From contig CBDAFS010000015.1 in NCBI GenBank assembly GCA_965195285.1, positions 1 to 64,000 on the forward strand: a DNA stretch of 64,000 nt, given 5' to 3'. Source of the DNA: an uncultured Aminicenantes bacterium (GTDB taxonomy: Bacteria; Acidobacteriota; Aminicenantia; UBA2199). The notes under the pieces were generated by a model that was not told where the DNA came from, searched no databases, and saw only the letters and a list, made by a program, of their open reading frames with translations. Below, piece after piece: positions 29,023 through 38,756 of this stretch. Both the position numbers and the translations under genes were made by a program. Positions within the stretch are counted from its first letter, which is position 1. Each line of letters opens with the position of its first letter.

Positions 29023-31449
29023 ATGAAATATATTCCCCTGCGGGTTCATTCGGTGTTTTCCAACGGAAGGGGCGTGGTCCGGGCCGCGGAACTGGCAAAT
29101 TTGATGAAGAAAAACAAACTGCCGGCCCTGGCCGTGTCCGACCCCTTCAGCCTGATCGGCTGGGAACATTTTTATCGGGAGGCAAATACCTGTGGTTTAA
29201 AACCCCTGTTGGGAATGGAAATCAAATTACATCGGCTGGGCTCTCTGGTGATGTTCCCCATGAATGCCGATGGATATTCTTCGATTGTTTCTTCTTTTAA
29301 CACCAAAATATTTTCAAAGATGCAGGATGTCGCGGTTATTTTTATTCCCTGCAGCAACCTGCCCGGAGGCCCGGCCAACCGGGCCGCTGTCATCAGGAAT
29401 GTTATTCGACAGGTTCCGGAAAAGAACTTTTATCTGGGGCTGGAGTGGAACAGCAAACACTGGCTGGTAAACCTGGCAGCCGCCCGGAAGCTACCGCTGG
29501 TGTGGGCCCAGGCCCTGAAATGGGTTACCCGACCCCGCAACTACCTGGTGGCTTCCGCAATATTTTCCCATCGGCCGATTCCGGAAATGCTGAACAGCGG
29601 GGTCCACCCGGGCATGGTTCTGCACGGTCCCGTGGATGATCGGGCCATCCTGAAACGATGGAGGGATGCCGGCCAAGAGGCCATGAATAACACATTCGAG
29701 GTTGCCTCCCGGATAACATTTGATTTTGACCAGATGTTTCCCAATATGCAGGGTGATTACCGACTGCTGGAAGAAGTGGTCAATGCGGAAATGAGGCGAA
29801 AAAAATTAAAAACCGCGGAAAAGGAGAGGACCTGGCGGGAACTTAAAATAATAGAGGATATGGAATTTGCCTCCTATTTTTTGATTGCCGCAGAAATCGG
29901 TTCCTATTGCCGGGCCAACAAGATTTATTTCAATCTGCGCGGTTCGGCTGCTTCTTCATTTATTCTCTACCTGCTGGGTCTGTCCAGAATCAACCCGCTG
30001 GCGCACCATCTTCTGTTCGAGCGTTTTGTCAACAGTTTAAGGGAGGATTTGCCGGATATCGATATTGATATCGATTCATCGAGACGGACCCGGGTTCTGG
30101 ACTGGGTGTTCGAGAATTACAAAGACAAGGTGGCCTTTTTGTCCACCCATAAGTTCTTCAGGGCCCGGTCGGCCCTGTATGAGGTGGCCCGTTCATACGG
30201 GTTTAACCCCGGGGAAGCCCATAAGTTAAGCAAGGAGTTGCCCATGTTTGCCTCTCCTTCGGAACTAAAGGGAAAAGGAAAGGGAAACCTGGCCGAGATA
30301 TATGAACATGCCTCGCTTTTAGAGGGGGTATACAGGGAACTTTCCCTGCACCTGGGCGGGGTTATTTTTTCATCCTCCGCCATCAAAGAATCCTTTCCGG
30401 TAAGAGTCTCTCCCGCCGGTTTCCAACAGGTGGTGTGGGATAAGGATACCATTGAACGGTTGAGAATTTTCAAACTGGACCTGTTAGGGGTCCGGGGATT
30501 TGATGTGATTTCCGTCCTGGCTCGGAAGCCCCATATTGATTTTGAACATGCCGATACCTGGAAAAATATTTCCCGGGCCCGAACCGTCGGTTGTTTTCAG
30601 CTGGAAAGCCCCCTGGCCAGGGAGAATCTTAAGGCTGCCCGGCCCCATAACCTGAATGAACTGGCCATTTCGATTGCCATCATCCGACCGGGTCCGGCCA
30701 AGTCAGGTATGAAAAAATCTTATCTGGAAAGCAAACCGCTGTTTCACCCGGTTTTTCGGGAAATCTTTCCCCATACCCGGGGAACGGTGATTTTTGAAGA
30801 GCAGATATCGGTTCTGCTTCATACCATTACCGGGTGGAGCCTGGAATTTTCGGAAAAGATCAGGAGGGAACTGAAAAAAAAAGAAGGTAAAAAGTACCGG
30901 GAATTGTTTTTTCGCATGGGGGAAAAAAATGGCTGGAACCGGCCGGAACTGGAAAAATTCTGGAAATTAGCCGGAGATTTTTCGCTTTATGCTTTCAATC
31001 AGGCCCACAGTGTTTCATATGCCTATTCAGCCTATCTGTCGGCCTGGTTTAAAACCAATTATCCGGTTGCATTTTTCAGCCGTCTCTTCAATTCCGGGGC
31101 CGGGTATTATACACTTCCTTTTTATATTGAAGAGGCCAAACGCTGGAAGGTCAGGCTTCTGCCCCCGGATGTGAATAAAAGCTCCGTTGGTTTTTTGCAG
31201 GAGAACGGCTGCATTCGCACCGGGCTTATATTTATAAAAGGGATCGGAGACAGCCTGTCCAAAAAGATACTGGAGTCCAGGAGAAACGGTTATCAGAGCC
31301 TAGAAAGCTTCGTGTCCCGGGCTGCTGTCGGAGAAAGGGAACTTTCAGCCCTGATGGCCGTTGGTGCTTTTACCTCGCTGGGATTTGACCGGCTGTTGCC
31401 TGATGACAAAAATAAGAACTGGCAGAAATACCTGGGCTTTTCACCTTGA
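29023..31449 (+). CDS. dnaE2: Error-prone-type DNA polymerase III alpha (DnaE2-like), short C-terminus
   Basis: Degenerate PHP domain, RGSAASS, LLFERF, PDIDID, KLDLLG, FNQAHSVSY, HhH; LexA box upstream. Confidence 0.78.
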   Translation: MKYIPLRVHSVFSNGRGVVRAAELANLMKKNKLPALAVSDPFSLIGWEHFYREANTCGLKPLLGMEIKLHRLGSLVMFPMNADGYSSIVSSFNTKIFSKMQDVAVIFIPCSNLPGGPANRAAVIRNVIRQVPEKNFYLGLEWNSKHWLVNLAAARKLPLVWAQALKWVTRPRNYLVASAIFSHRPIPEMLNSGVHPGMVLHGPVDDRAILKRWRDAGQEAMNNTFEVASRITFDFDQMFPNMQGDYRLLEEVVNAEMRRKKLKTAEKERTWRELKIIEDMEFASYFLIAAEIGSYCRANKIYFNLRGSAASSFILYLLGLSRINPLAHHLLFERFVNSLREDLPDIDIDIDSSRRTRVLDWVFENYKDKVAFLSTHKFFRARSALYEVARSYGFNPGEAHKLSKELPMFASPSELKGKGKGNLAEIYEHASLLEGVYRELSLHLGGVIFSSSAIKESFPVRVSPAGFQQVVWDKDTIERLRIFKLDLLGVRGFDVISVLARKPHIDFEHADTWKNISRARTVGCFQLESPLARENLKAARPHNLNELAISIAIIRPGPAKSGMKKSYLESKPLFHPVFREIFPHTRGTVIFEEQISVLLHTITGWSLEFSEKIRRELKKKEGKKYRELFFRMGEKNGWNRPELEKFWKLAGDFSLYAFNQAHSVSYAYSAYLSAWFKTNYPVAFFSRLFNSGAGYYTLPFYIEEAKRWKVRLLPPDVNKSSVGFLQENGCIRTGLIFIKGIGDSLSKKILESRRNGYQSLESFVSRAAVGERELSALMAVGAFTSLGFDRLLPDDKNKNWQKYLGFSP

Positions 31450-31481
31450 CATAATGGGTTTGATGTGGCATCTTTTTAAAT

Positions 31482-31778
31482 ATGGGTGTTTCAATGAAGT
31501 CCTGGTTTCCCGGTCTATGGTTGCAGAAGGAGATTATTGAAAAACTTCGCCAGTCCGGAGCCTGTTCCCCGGATATGGCAAAGTCTGTTCAGGATCTGGA
31601 GCTGAAGGATTCTTCGGTGTTCAGAAACCTGATCAGAAAAGGAATTGCCGTCCATGCCGGTTCCAAGACCTATTTCCTGAATGAGCAGCAATGGTTGCGC
31701 CACCGGTTGAACCGGGTAAAATGGGGAATGATCGCTTTATTTGTGGTTTTGCTGATGGTTTTTGCATGGTTTTTTTGA
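31482..31778 (+). CDS. Small membrane-anchored hypothetical protein
   Basis: C-terminal TM helix. Confidence 0.55.
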   Translation: MGVSMKSWFPGLWLQKEIIEKLRQSGACSPDMAKSVQDLELKDSSVFRNLIRKGIAVHAGSKTYFLNEQQWLRHRLNRVKWGMIALFVVLLMVFAWFF

Positions 31779-31808
31779 GCCAAATGAAAGGCCTGGGGAG
31801 GTGACAAG

Positions 31809-32837
31809 ATGAGAATGCTTATTTTTCAGGTGGTAAACGCTTCGGAATCAAATCAATCACAGAGTTTTCCGGCCTGGGTTTTCTGGCTGCTGGTTTGTAT
31901 TATTGCCGTTCTTTTAATTTTTATTATTATAAGAGACAAAAGAGCCCGGGCCAAGATAGGGGGTTTTTTTTCCTGGATCGGAAGCAAAATCCGAATGGCC
32001 AGAATCAAATCCAAAATTAACCGGGAAACTCAGGAGAAGATGAAGGTGATTGCCCGGCTGGGTCAGTTGGCCTGGGATAAACAGATTGATCTGGCGGAAA
32101 TCGGATCTGAAACCAGAGAAATAAAAAAGTTAAAGGAGGACCTGGTCCTGATCAATAATGATATCCGTAAACTGGATTCGGAACTTGAGAAACACCAAAC
32201 CCGGACGGAAGCGATCAAAAAAGATCATGACACCGGGATTTCTTCGCTTGAAGAGAAAAAGAAACCGCTTGCTCTGAGTCATAAAGAACTGCTCCGTCAG
32301 ATTGATTCCATTGGCAATAAAATCAAGGAAAATGACAAATTGAAAACAAAACTGGCCCGGGATATCAGGCATCAAATCCAGGAAATGGAAAAAACGGGAA
32401 AGGACGGGTATTTATCCAAGATTGAAAAAGACCTGAAGCTGAAGGAATATGAAAAAAAGATCGAAGCGTTAAAACAAAAGGAGCCCCGGTTCCAGTCAAT
32501 TCAAAATACTGCCGAAGTAGAAAAGCAAAATACCAGCGGACAAATCACGGAATTGAATGCCAAAATAGATGAAATGGAATCCCGGATCAATGGATTGAAG
32601 AAAGAATTCAGTGAGCAGCACAAAAAGGACGAAGAGATTATTGGAAATTTACAGAAAAACCGGAAGGCACTAAGCATAAAAAAGATCGGGATAGAGAAAC
32701 AATTGACCGTTTTGTTTGAAAAAACCGGTGAAAAACTCAATCAGAACCGGCCGGACCGGGCAGAACTCAAGGAAATTTATTCCCGGATCGATCTAATTGA
32801 TCAACGCATCCGGGAACTTGAGAGTAAGATGAAATAG
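31809..32837 (+). CDS. Membrane-anchored long coiled-coil protein
   Basis: N-terminal TM then K/E-rich heptads; GGAGG RBS. Confidence 0.7.
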   Translation: MRMLIFQVVNASESNQSQSFPAWVFWLLVCIIAVLLIFIIIRDKRARAKIGGFFSWIGSKIRMARIKSKINRETQEKMKVIARLGQLAWDKQIDLAEIGSETREIKKLKEDLVLINNDIRKLDSELEKHQTRTEAIKKDHDTGISSLEEKKKPLALSHKELLRQIDSIGNKIKENDKLKTKLARDIRHQIQEMEKTGKDGYLSKIEKDLKLKEYEKKIEALKQKEPRFQSIQNTAEVEKQNTSGQITELNAKIDEMESRINGLKKEFSEQHKKDEEIIGNLQKNRKALSIKKIGIEKQLTVLFEKTGEKLNQNRPDRAELKEIYSRIDLIDQRIRELESKMK

Positions 32838-32838
32838 G

Positions 32839-33516
32839 TTAGAAGGCATAGGTAAACTTCAGACTGTATTTTTCTATAGTGTCGTTTCGATTGTTGTAAA
32901 ATAATATTCTGGAAATCAGTTCAATCATCAGAGAGCCGGTTTTTCCAGTTTGGATTTTAATGGGCAGGGTCAACACCAGGTGAGATTGCACTATCCCCTT
33001 GTCCATCTCTTCATACTCGGTCCGCTGCATGTAGGTCAAATAGGCGGCGATCCCGATGGCCGGATACAAACGGATATGTTTCCCTAACTTGATCTCTTTG
33101 AAGAGTAATAAGTGCGGATCAATTTCAGCCATGAATTTGGTTTTGTCTTCCTCGGTTTCGGTTGAGGTAAGCGACGAATAAAGGGAAAGCCAGAGATTCA
33201 TGGTAAAGCGCAGTCCGGCCCTGCCTTTTTTAAAGGCGATGGTGTGTGCCCACATGGGACCGATGGTGAGGTTGCTCCCCTCTAAAAATTCTTCCGGATT
33301 ACTGAAATCATAGTAATGGACTCCCCAGCCCAGCTCGGTTTTTTCATTTATCTGGTAAAAATAAAATATCCCCGCATGCAGAACATGATCATCCAGAAAA
33401 CTGGAAAAAAACCCGATTTTTGATTTTTCGGTTTCATGCTTTTCATAGATCCAGCCATACTGGAACAGACTGGCTGTCAACAGGAAAAAGATGAAAAACG
33501 TTGTTTTGATATTCAT
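32839..33516 (-). CDS. Putative outer-membrane beta-barrel protein
   Basis: Signal peptide, alternating beta strands, C-terminal YAF. Confidence 0.55.
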   Translation of the reverse strand: MNIKTTFFIFFLLTASLFQYGWIYEKHETEKSKIGFFSSFLDDHVLHAGIFYFYQINEKTELGWGVHYYDFSNPEEFLEGSNLTIGPMWAHTIAFKKGRAGLRFTMNLWLSLYSSLTSTETEEDKTKFMAEIDPHLLLFKEIKLGKHIRLYPAIGIAAYLTYMQRTEYEEMDKGIVQSHLVLTLPIKIQTGKTGSLMIELISRILFYNNRNDTIEKYSLKFTYAF

Positions 33517-33595
33517 AGGCTTTTAACCTGTATTATACCCCATTCATCCATGACACGCAAAAAGATTTGTCAACCATTTCCAAAATACTTTTTTG

Positions 33596-33645
33596 TTGAC
33601 AAACCGGGAGAATGATATTATAATGAAGGCGAACGGAAAGCGAAC
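33596..33645 (+). promoter_or_regulatory. Sigma-70 promoter plus GAAC-N7-GAAC LexA box upstream of lexA
   Basis: TTGACA-17-TATAAT (perfect), then aaggcGAACggaaagcGAACagATG. Confidence 0.85.
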
Positions 33646-33647
33646 AG

Positions 33648-34223
33648 ATGTTGACCAAGAAACAGAAGGGTTTTCTGGAAATCCTTAAAAAAATGGTAGA
33701 GCAAAAGGGATATTTTCCCACTGTCAGAGAGATTGGCCAGCGTATGCGCTTTTCATCTCCGGCCACGGTTCATGCTTATCTGAACCGGTTGTATCAAAAG
33801 GGAAAGCTTACCAAACAGAACAATTCCTGGGAACTGGTCTCTGATCTTTCCCCGATCCCCCTGATGGGGATTGTGCCGGCAGGTTCCCCGCTTGAAATTT
33901 TCGAGGCCCTGGGGGAGGAAGTTACCCTGCCTGAATGGATGCTGGAAAGGGGAGGCGATATGGTTGCTTTTCGGGTTCAGGGTGAAAGCATGAAGGATGC
34001 TTATATCCGGGAAGGCGATATTGTGATTGTCAAGCGAACTGCGGATGCGGAAAACGGTGAAATGGTGGTGGCATTCCTCTCCGATTCATCCATTACCCTG
34101 AAAAGATTAAAAAAAGAAAAAGACCGTTATTGCCTGATTCCTGAGAATCCCGACTATGAGATCATATGCGAGCCCTTTCAACTGGTAGGCAAAGTGATCG
34201 GTGTACTGAGAAGCTACCGATGA
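33648..34223 (+). CDS. lexA: SOS repressor LexA
   Basis: PTVREI wHTH, VPAG cleavage site, GESM catalytic Ser, TLKR catalytic Lys. Confidence 0.93.
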   Translation: MLTKKQKGFLEILKKMVEQKGYFPTVREIGQRMRFSSPATVHAYLNRLYQKGKLTKQNNSWELVSDLSPIPLMGIVPAGSPLEIFEALGEEVTLPEWMLERGGDMVAFRVQGESMKDAYIREGDIVIVKRTADAENGEMVVAFLSDSSITLKRLKKEKDRYCLIPENPDYEIICEPFQLVGKVIGVLRSYR

Positions 34224-35407
34224 AGGCTCCTTTTATTCTTCACATTGATATCGATGCTTTTTTTGCGGCCGTGGAAGTGATGTTGAAACCTTCCCTGAAA
34301 GGCAAGCCGGTCATTGTCGGCGGTATGCCCGATGAGCGGGGAGTCGTTTGTACCGCTTCCTATGCAGCCAGAAAGTTTGGCGTTCATTCGGGAATGGCCC
34401 TGAGAACTGCTGCCCAAAAATGTCCTTCCGGTATTTTCTTGAGAGGGCGATACCATATTTACAGTCAGATTTCCAGGCGTTTTTTTGATTCCCTCAACCG
34501 CCTTTCTCCCGGAGTTGAAGGGGTTTCCATTGATGAGGCCTATATTGATTTGAGAGGAATGCGGTATCTTTATCCTTCTGTTTATCAGATGGCTCAATGC
34601 CTGAAGGAATCGGTTGAAAAGGAGATCGGCCTAAAGGTCTCGGCAGGCCTGGGTTTTTCAAAATTAGGGGCCAAACTGGCTACCGAAGTGGCCAAACCCG
34701 GAGGTTTCTTTTTTCTGGGCGATGAAAGAACCTTTGTCTCCAATCTGGCCCTGGAAAAGATTCCGGGGATCGGGCCCCATACCCTTTTGATTCTCCAGGG
34801 GTTGGGCATAAAGCGGGTGAAGGAACTGGAGTCTGCTTACCCGTCTATCTGGAAAAAGCTCATCGGCCCGCATCTGTATTCCAGCTCCCGCTATCCGGGC
34901 AATACTCAGGGACAGGCCAAGAGTTTCAGCCGGGAAACCACTTTTCCCGAGGATATTTCGGACCGGGAAATGATCATGTCTCATCTGGCTTACCTGGTTG
35001 ACCGGTTATCGGTGTGTTTGATTGAACATCATCTGTTTGCCGGGCGGATTGAAGTCAAGGTGAGGTTCGGTGATTTTTCAACTTTTACCCGGAGAACCAC
35101 TCTGGAATTTCCCACCGGTTCTTATCAGCACCTGTGGAAAGCGTCATTATCTTTATTGAATCAGTTGCTCAATAAGAAGAAACTGGCCTTGAGACTGGTG
35201 GGGGTTAAGGTGGAAGATATGATGAGACAGAGGGATTTATTGCCTTTTGTCTGTTTGAAGAGCGAGAAATTGAGTCATGGGATAAGCGATATCCGCAAAC
35301 GGTTTGGTTTTTCGTCTATTTTTATTGGAAGGGAACTGTTTCTGGAAGGCATATACCCGGTGGAAAGGGAAGGAATGGTCTTGAAAACCGCTTCTTTAAC
35401 CAAATAA
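34220..35407 (+). CDS. dinB: DNA polymerase IV (Y family)
   Basis: HIDIDAFFA, ASYAAR, SIDEAY catalytic motifs; ATGA overlap with lexA stop. Confidence 0.88.
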   Translation: MKAPFILHIDIDAFFAAVEVMLKPSLKGKPVIVGGMPDERGVVCTASYAARKFGVHSGMALRTAAQKCPSGIFLRGRYHIYSQISRRFFDSLNRLSPGVEGVSIDEAYIDLRGMRYLYPSVYQMAQCLKESVEKEIGLKVSAGLGFSKLGAKLATEVAKPGGFFFLGDERTFVSNLALEKIPGIGPHTLLILQGLGIKRVKELESAYPSIWKKLIGPHLYSSSRYPGNTQGQAKSFSRETTFPEDISDREMIMSHLAYLVDRLSVCLIEHHLFAGRIEVKVRFGDFSTFTRRTTLEFPTGSYQHLWKASLSLLNQLLNKKKLALRLVGVKVEDMMRQRDLLPFVCLKSEKLSHGISDIRKRFGFSSIFIGRELFLEGIYPVEREGMVLKTASLTK

Positions 35408-35491
35408 TTTTTCATAACCTGGTACTCTGGTGATTGAATATTTACGCATTATGATTTACACTAAATAAGATGATTTAATTATTGAACAACC

Positions 35492-38440
35492 ATGACACTT
35501 TCTAAAGATTATCAGCCTCAATTTGGTATATTTCATGATTTAATGAAATTCAGGGTGAGGGAGATCCTGTTGGTATCGAGTTATTATGATGCGTTTGTTC
35601 TGGAAGAAGACGGGAGGATATCCGAAAAGATATTCAGTGAGTATCTGGATTTAAACCTTCGTTATGTCCCCCGTATCAACCGGGTTTCAAGTGCCGAAGA
35701 AGCGCTGCTGCTATTGGAAGAAGGACATTATGACCTGGTGATTACCATGATGAGGATAGCCGATATGGATGTGATGGAATTCGGCCGCAAGATAAAGGAA
35801 ATAAACCCGGAACTCCCGGTTGTCCTCTTAACGTATGAATGGGTGGGGATTGATCTTTTTAGCCAATTGAGGACTTCAGCCAATATTGATAAAATATTTT
35901 TCTGGTCCGGGGATACCCGGATTTTGTTAGCCATCATCAAATATGTAGAAGACATCAAAAATGTCGATCAGGATATTAAGCAGGGGGTTCAGGTCATTCT
36001 TATCCTGGAGGATTCTCCCAAGTTTTATTCCATGTATCTTCCGGGCATATATACCGAGATCATGACCCAGACCCGGTTGTTAATCACCGAAGGTATCAAT
36101 GATTTACATCGATTGTTGAGAATGAGGGCCAGACCCAAAATCATTATGGCTGAAACCTATGAGCAGGGCATGAAACTCTTTCGAAAATATCGAAAGAACC
36201 TTCTTGGAATCATTTCGGATGTTGAATTTATCAGAAACGGTGAAATGGATGATACCGCGGGCTTTTTATTTGCGGAAAAAGCCAGGGGGGAAATCCATGA
36301 CCTGCCCATTTTGATCCAATCGGCCAAGTTGAAAAACAGGGAAATTGCTGTTCAAAACGAATTGGATTTCATTAATAAGAATTCCCCGCATTTATTACAG
36401 GAGTTGACCCAGTTCATTCTGAACCGGTTTGGCTTCGGTGATTTTGTTTTCAGTTATCCCGACGGCAGGGAGATTGGCCGGGCCGGTTCGCTTCATGAGT
36501 TTCAGAAGATGATCCAAATTATTCCGGCCGAAAGCCTGGAGTTTCATGCCAGCAGGAATCATATCTCCATCTGGCTGCGGGCCAGAACTGAATTTGAAAC
36601 AGCTGAAAAACTAAGGCCCAGAAAAGTATCGGATTTTACAGATATTGAAGAAGTGAGAAAATTCATTCAACGGACCATTCAAAATTTGATCATTCAGAAT
36701 CAGTCCGGTGTGATTACCGATTTCGGACCGGCCCGGTTTGATATGGACCATTCATTTGTGCGTCTGGGAAACGGTTCGATGGGTGGAAAAGCCAGGGGGA
36801 TCGCTTTCCTCAATAGCTTATTGATGGACTCACCAATCAAAAAAAACTTCGAAGAGGTAGATATCCGGACACCCCATACTTTTGTGATCTGCAGTGAAGT
36901 ATTTGAGGAATTTATCGCTGCCAATGATTTGCAGAACGTTGCCATCGGGGAAACCGACAATGACCGGATTGCTAATGCATTTATAGAAAAAAAGCTTCCG
37001 GATAGAATTGCCAGTGATCTTCGAACCTTGCTGGAAAATATCCGCTACCCTTTGGCCATTCGTTCTTCGAGTCTGCTCGAGGATTCTCAAATGCTGCCGT
37101 TTGCCGGTTTGTATTCCACCTATATGCTTCCCAATAATCATCGGGATGTCAGGGTACGGTTGGAACAGCTGTGCAAAGCCGTCAAGCTGGTATTTGCATC
37201 CGTGTTTTACAAATCTCCCAAGGAATATGTAAAAAATACAAATTTCAGAATAGAAGAAGAAAAAATGGCGGTGATTATTCAACAGGTAGTGGGCCAGGAA
37301 TTCAACCACAGGTTTTATCCGGTCATCTCCGGTGTGGCCCAGTCTTATAATTATTACCCGATTTCCAATATGGAACCGGAAGATGGGATTGTCCAGCTCG
37401 CACTGGGTCTGGGCACCACCATTGGAGAGGGCTCTCAGACCCATAAATTTTCCCCCCGGTTTCCGGAGATGAATCCACTGTTTTCAGCCCCGGTTGAATG
37501 GGTGAATAATTCTCAGAATTATTTTTATGCACTGAATCTCGCTGAACCGGATGTGGAAATAATAAAAGACGAAAAATTCAGTTTGAATAAATTGGACCTC
37601 ACCCATGCTGAAAGCGATGGGACCCTGTATTTTGTTGCCAGTACTTTTTCACCCCAGGACAATGTCATTCAGGATAACCTTACTATCAAGGGACCCCGAT
37701 TGGTGACGTTTGCCCATGTGTTGAAATACAATATTTTTCCGCTCTCGGAGATTCTGCTTGAGATCTTGAAATTGGGTCGCACCTCTTTTGGTTCTCATAT
37801 CGAATTGGAGTTTGCCATCAACCTGTTCAGGGAAAAGAAAAAGAAACCGGAATTTTTTCTGTTGCAGATAAGACCACTGGTTGGTGGGCGGGAAACCATC
37901 CAGGTATCCTGGGATCAGGATTCTCAAAAGGATATCATATGCATGTCATCCCATGCCCTGGGAAATGGGATATACGATGATTTGTATGACCTGGTTTATG
38001 TGGATCCCGATGCCTTTGATGTTTCCAAAAGCCGGGTTATAGCGGGCGAAATCGGAGAAATAAACCAGGGATTCATTGCAGAAAACCGAAAATATATTTT
38101 AATCGGCTTTGGTCGATGGGGTACCGCCGATCCCTGGCTGGGGATTCCGGTTGAATGGTATCAGATCTGCAAAGCCGGTATTGTGGTAGAATCCAACAGG
38201 GATGGTTTTATTGTAGACCCATCTCAGGGCAGTCATTTTTTTCACAATCTGGTATCTTTAAAAATTGGATATTTTCACATTAAAAAAACCAATGACCAGG
38301 AGTTCATATCCTGGGACTGGATCAAGAAACAACGCCCTTTCCGAAAAAAAAAATATATTAGACATGTTCGATTTAAAAAACCGCTTCCCGTAAAAATTGA
38401 CGGACGCCAGTCTAAAGGTATTATTTTGAAGCCCCGCTAA
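35492..38440 (+). CDS. Receiver-like domains plus PEP/pyruvate-binding (PPDK_N) domain protein
   Basis: GGKARG, AIRSSSLLED, FAGLY, SQGSHFF; degenerate N-terminal receiver domains. Confidence 0.8.
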   Translation: MTLSKDYQPQFGIFHDLMKFRVREILLVSSYYDAFVLEEDGRISEKIFSEYLDLNLRYVPRINRVSSAEEALLLLEEGHYDLVITMMRIADMDVMEFGRKIKEINPELPVVLLTYEWVGIDLFSQLRTSANIDKIFFWSGDTRILLAIIKYVEDIKNVDQDIKQGVQVILILEDSPKFYSMYLPGIYTEIMTQTRLLITEGINDLHRLLRMRARPKIIMAETYEQGMKLFRKYRKNLLGIISDVEFIRNGEMDDTAGFLFAEKARGEIHDLPILIQSAKLKNREIAVQNELDFINKNSPHLLQELTQFILNRFGFGDFVFSYPDGREIGRAGSLHEFQKMIQIIPAESLEFHASRNHISIWLRARTEFETAEKLRPRKVSDFTDIEEVRKFIQRTIQNLIIQNQSGVITDFGPARFDMDHSFVRLGNGSMGGKARGIAFLNSLLMDSPIKKNFEEVDIRTPHTFVICSEVFEEFIAANDLQNVAIGETDNDRIANAFIEKKLPDRIASDLRTLLENIRYPLAIRSSSLLEDSQMLPFAGLYSTYMLPNNHRDVRVRLEQLCKAVKLVFASVFYKSPKEYVKNTNFRIEEEKMAVIIQQVVGQEFNHRFYPVISGVAQSYNYYPISNMEPEDGIVQLALGLGTTIGEGSQTHKFSPRFPEMNPLFSAPVEWVNNSQNYFYALNLAEPDVEIIKDEKFSLNKLDLTHAESDGTLYFVASTFSPQDNVIQDNLTIKGPRLVTFAHVLKYNIFPLSEILLEILKLGRTSFGSHIELEFAINLFREKKKKPEFFLLQIRPLVGGRETIQVSWDQDSQKDIICMSSHALGNGIYDDLYDLVYVDPDAFDVSKSRVIAGEIGEINQGFIAENRKYILIGFGRWGTADPWLGIPVEWYQICKAGIVVESNRDGFIVDPSQGSHFFHNLVSLKIGYFHIKKTNDQEFISWDWIKKQRPFRKKKYIRHVRFKKPLPVKIDGRQSKGIILKPR

Positions 38441-38609
38441 GCCTGGAATCCTTATTCCTTTTGATGACCCGGCCGGCGATAGATAAGGAATACCAGTCCC
38501 CCCAGGATACCATAACCCACTCTCATCCCCAGATCGATGAGTTCGCCGGACAGGGCAAAGGCTGGCGGAAAATTCATCAACTGTTTGAAACTGGCTGTCC
38601 GAATTCCCA
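38403..38609 (+). repeat. 207-bp direct repeat, copy 1
   Basis: Matches 40062-40268 with 5 mismatches by manual comparison. Confidence 0.95.
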
Positions 38610-38756
38610 ATAAATTTATTTTAAACGGAGTGATAATGCTTTTTCCGACTGCAGGTGTTCGGTGGACCTGAGTAGTAATTTGACTTTTTTAGTGATATCT
38701 ATAAAATAAATATTGAGAGGAGATCTGATTTTTATTAGATGATTAGGAGGAGAAGC

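Noticed and set aside
28944-29300. 118-aa ORF overlapping the dnaE2 start, and the many other antisense or nested ORFs in the track
   Set aside because: They overlap well-supported genes or promoters and show no recognisable motifs or RBS.
34220-35407. ImuB
   Set aside because: Catalytic DxDAFF and SIDE motifs are intact, so it is called DinB.
35492-38440. Novel receiver-PEP synthase fusion
   Set aside because: Matches a widespread uncharacterised family in anaerobes; not specific to this locus.
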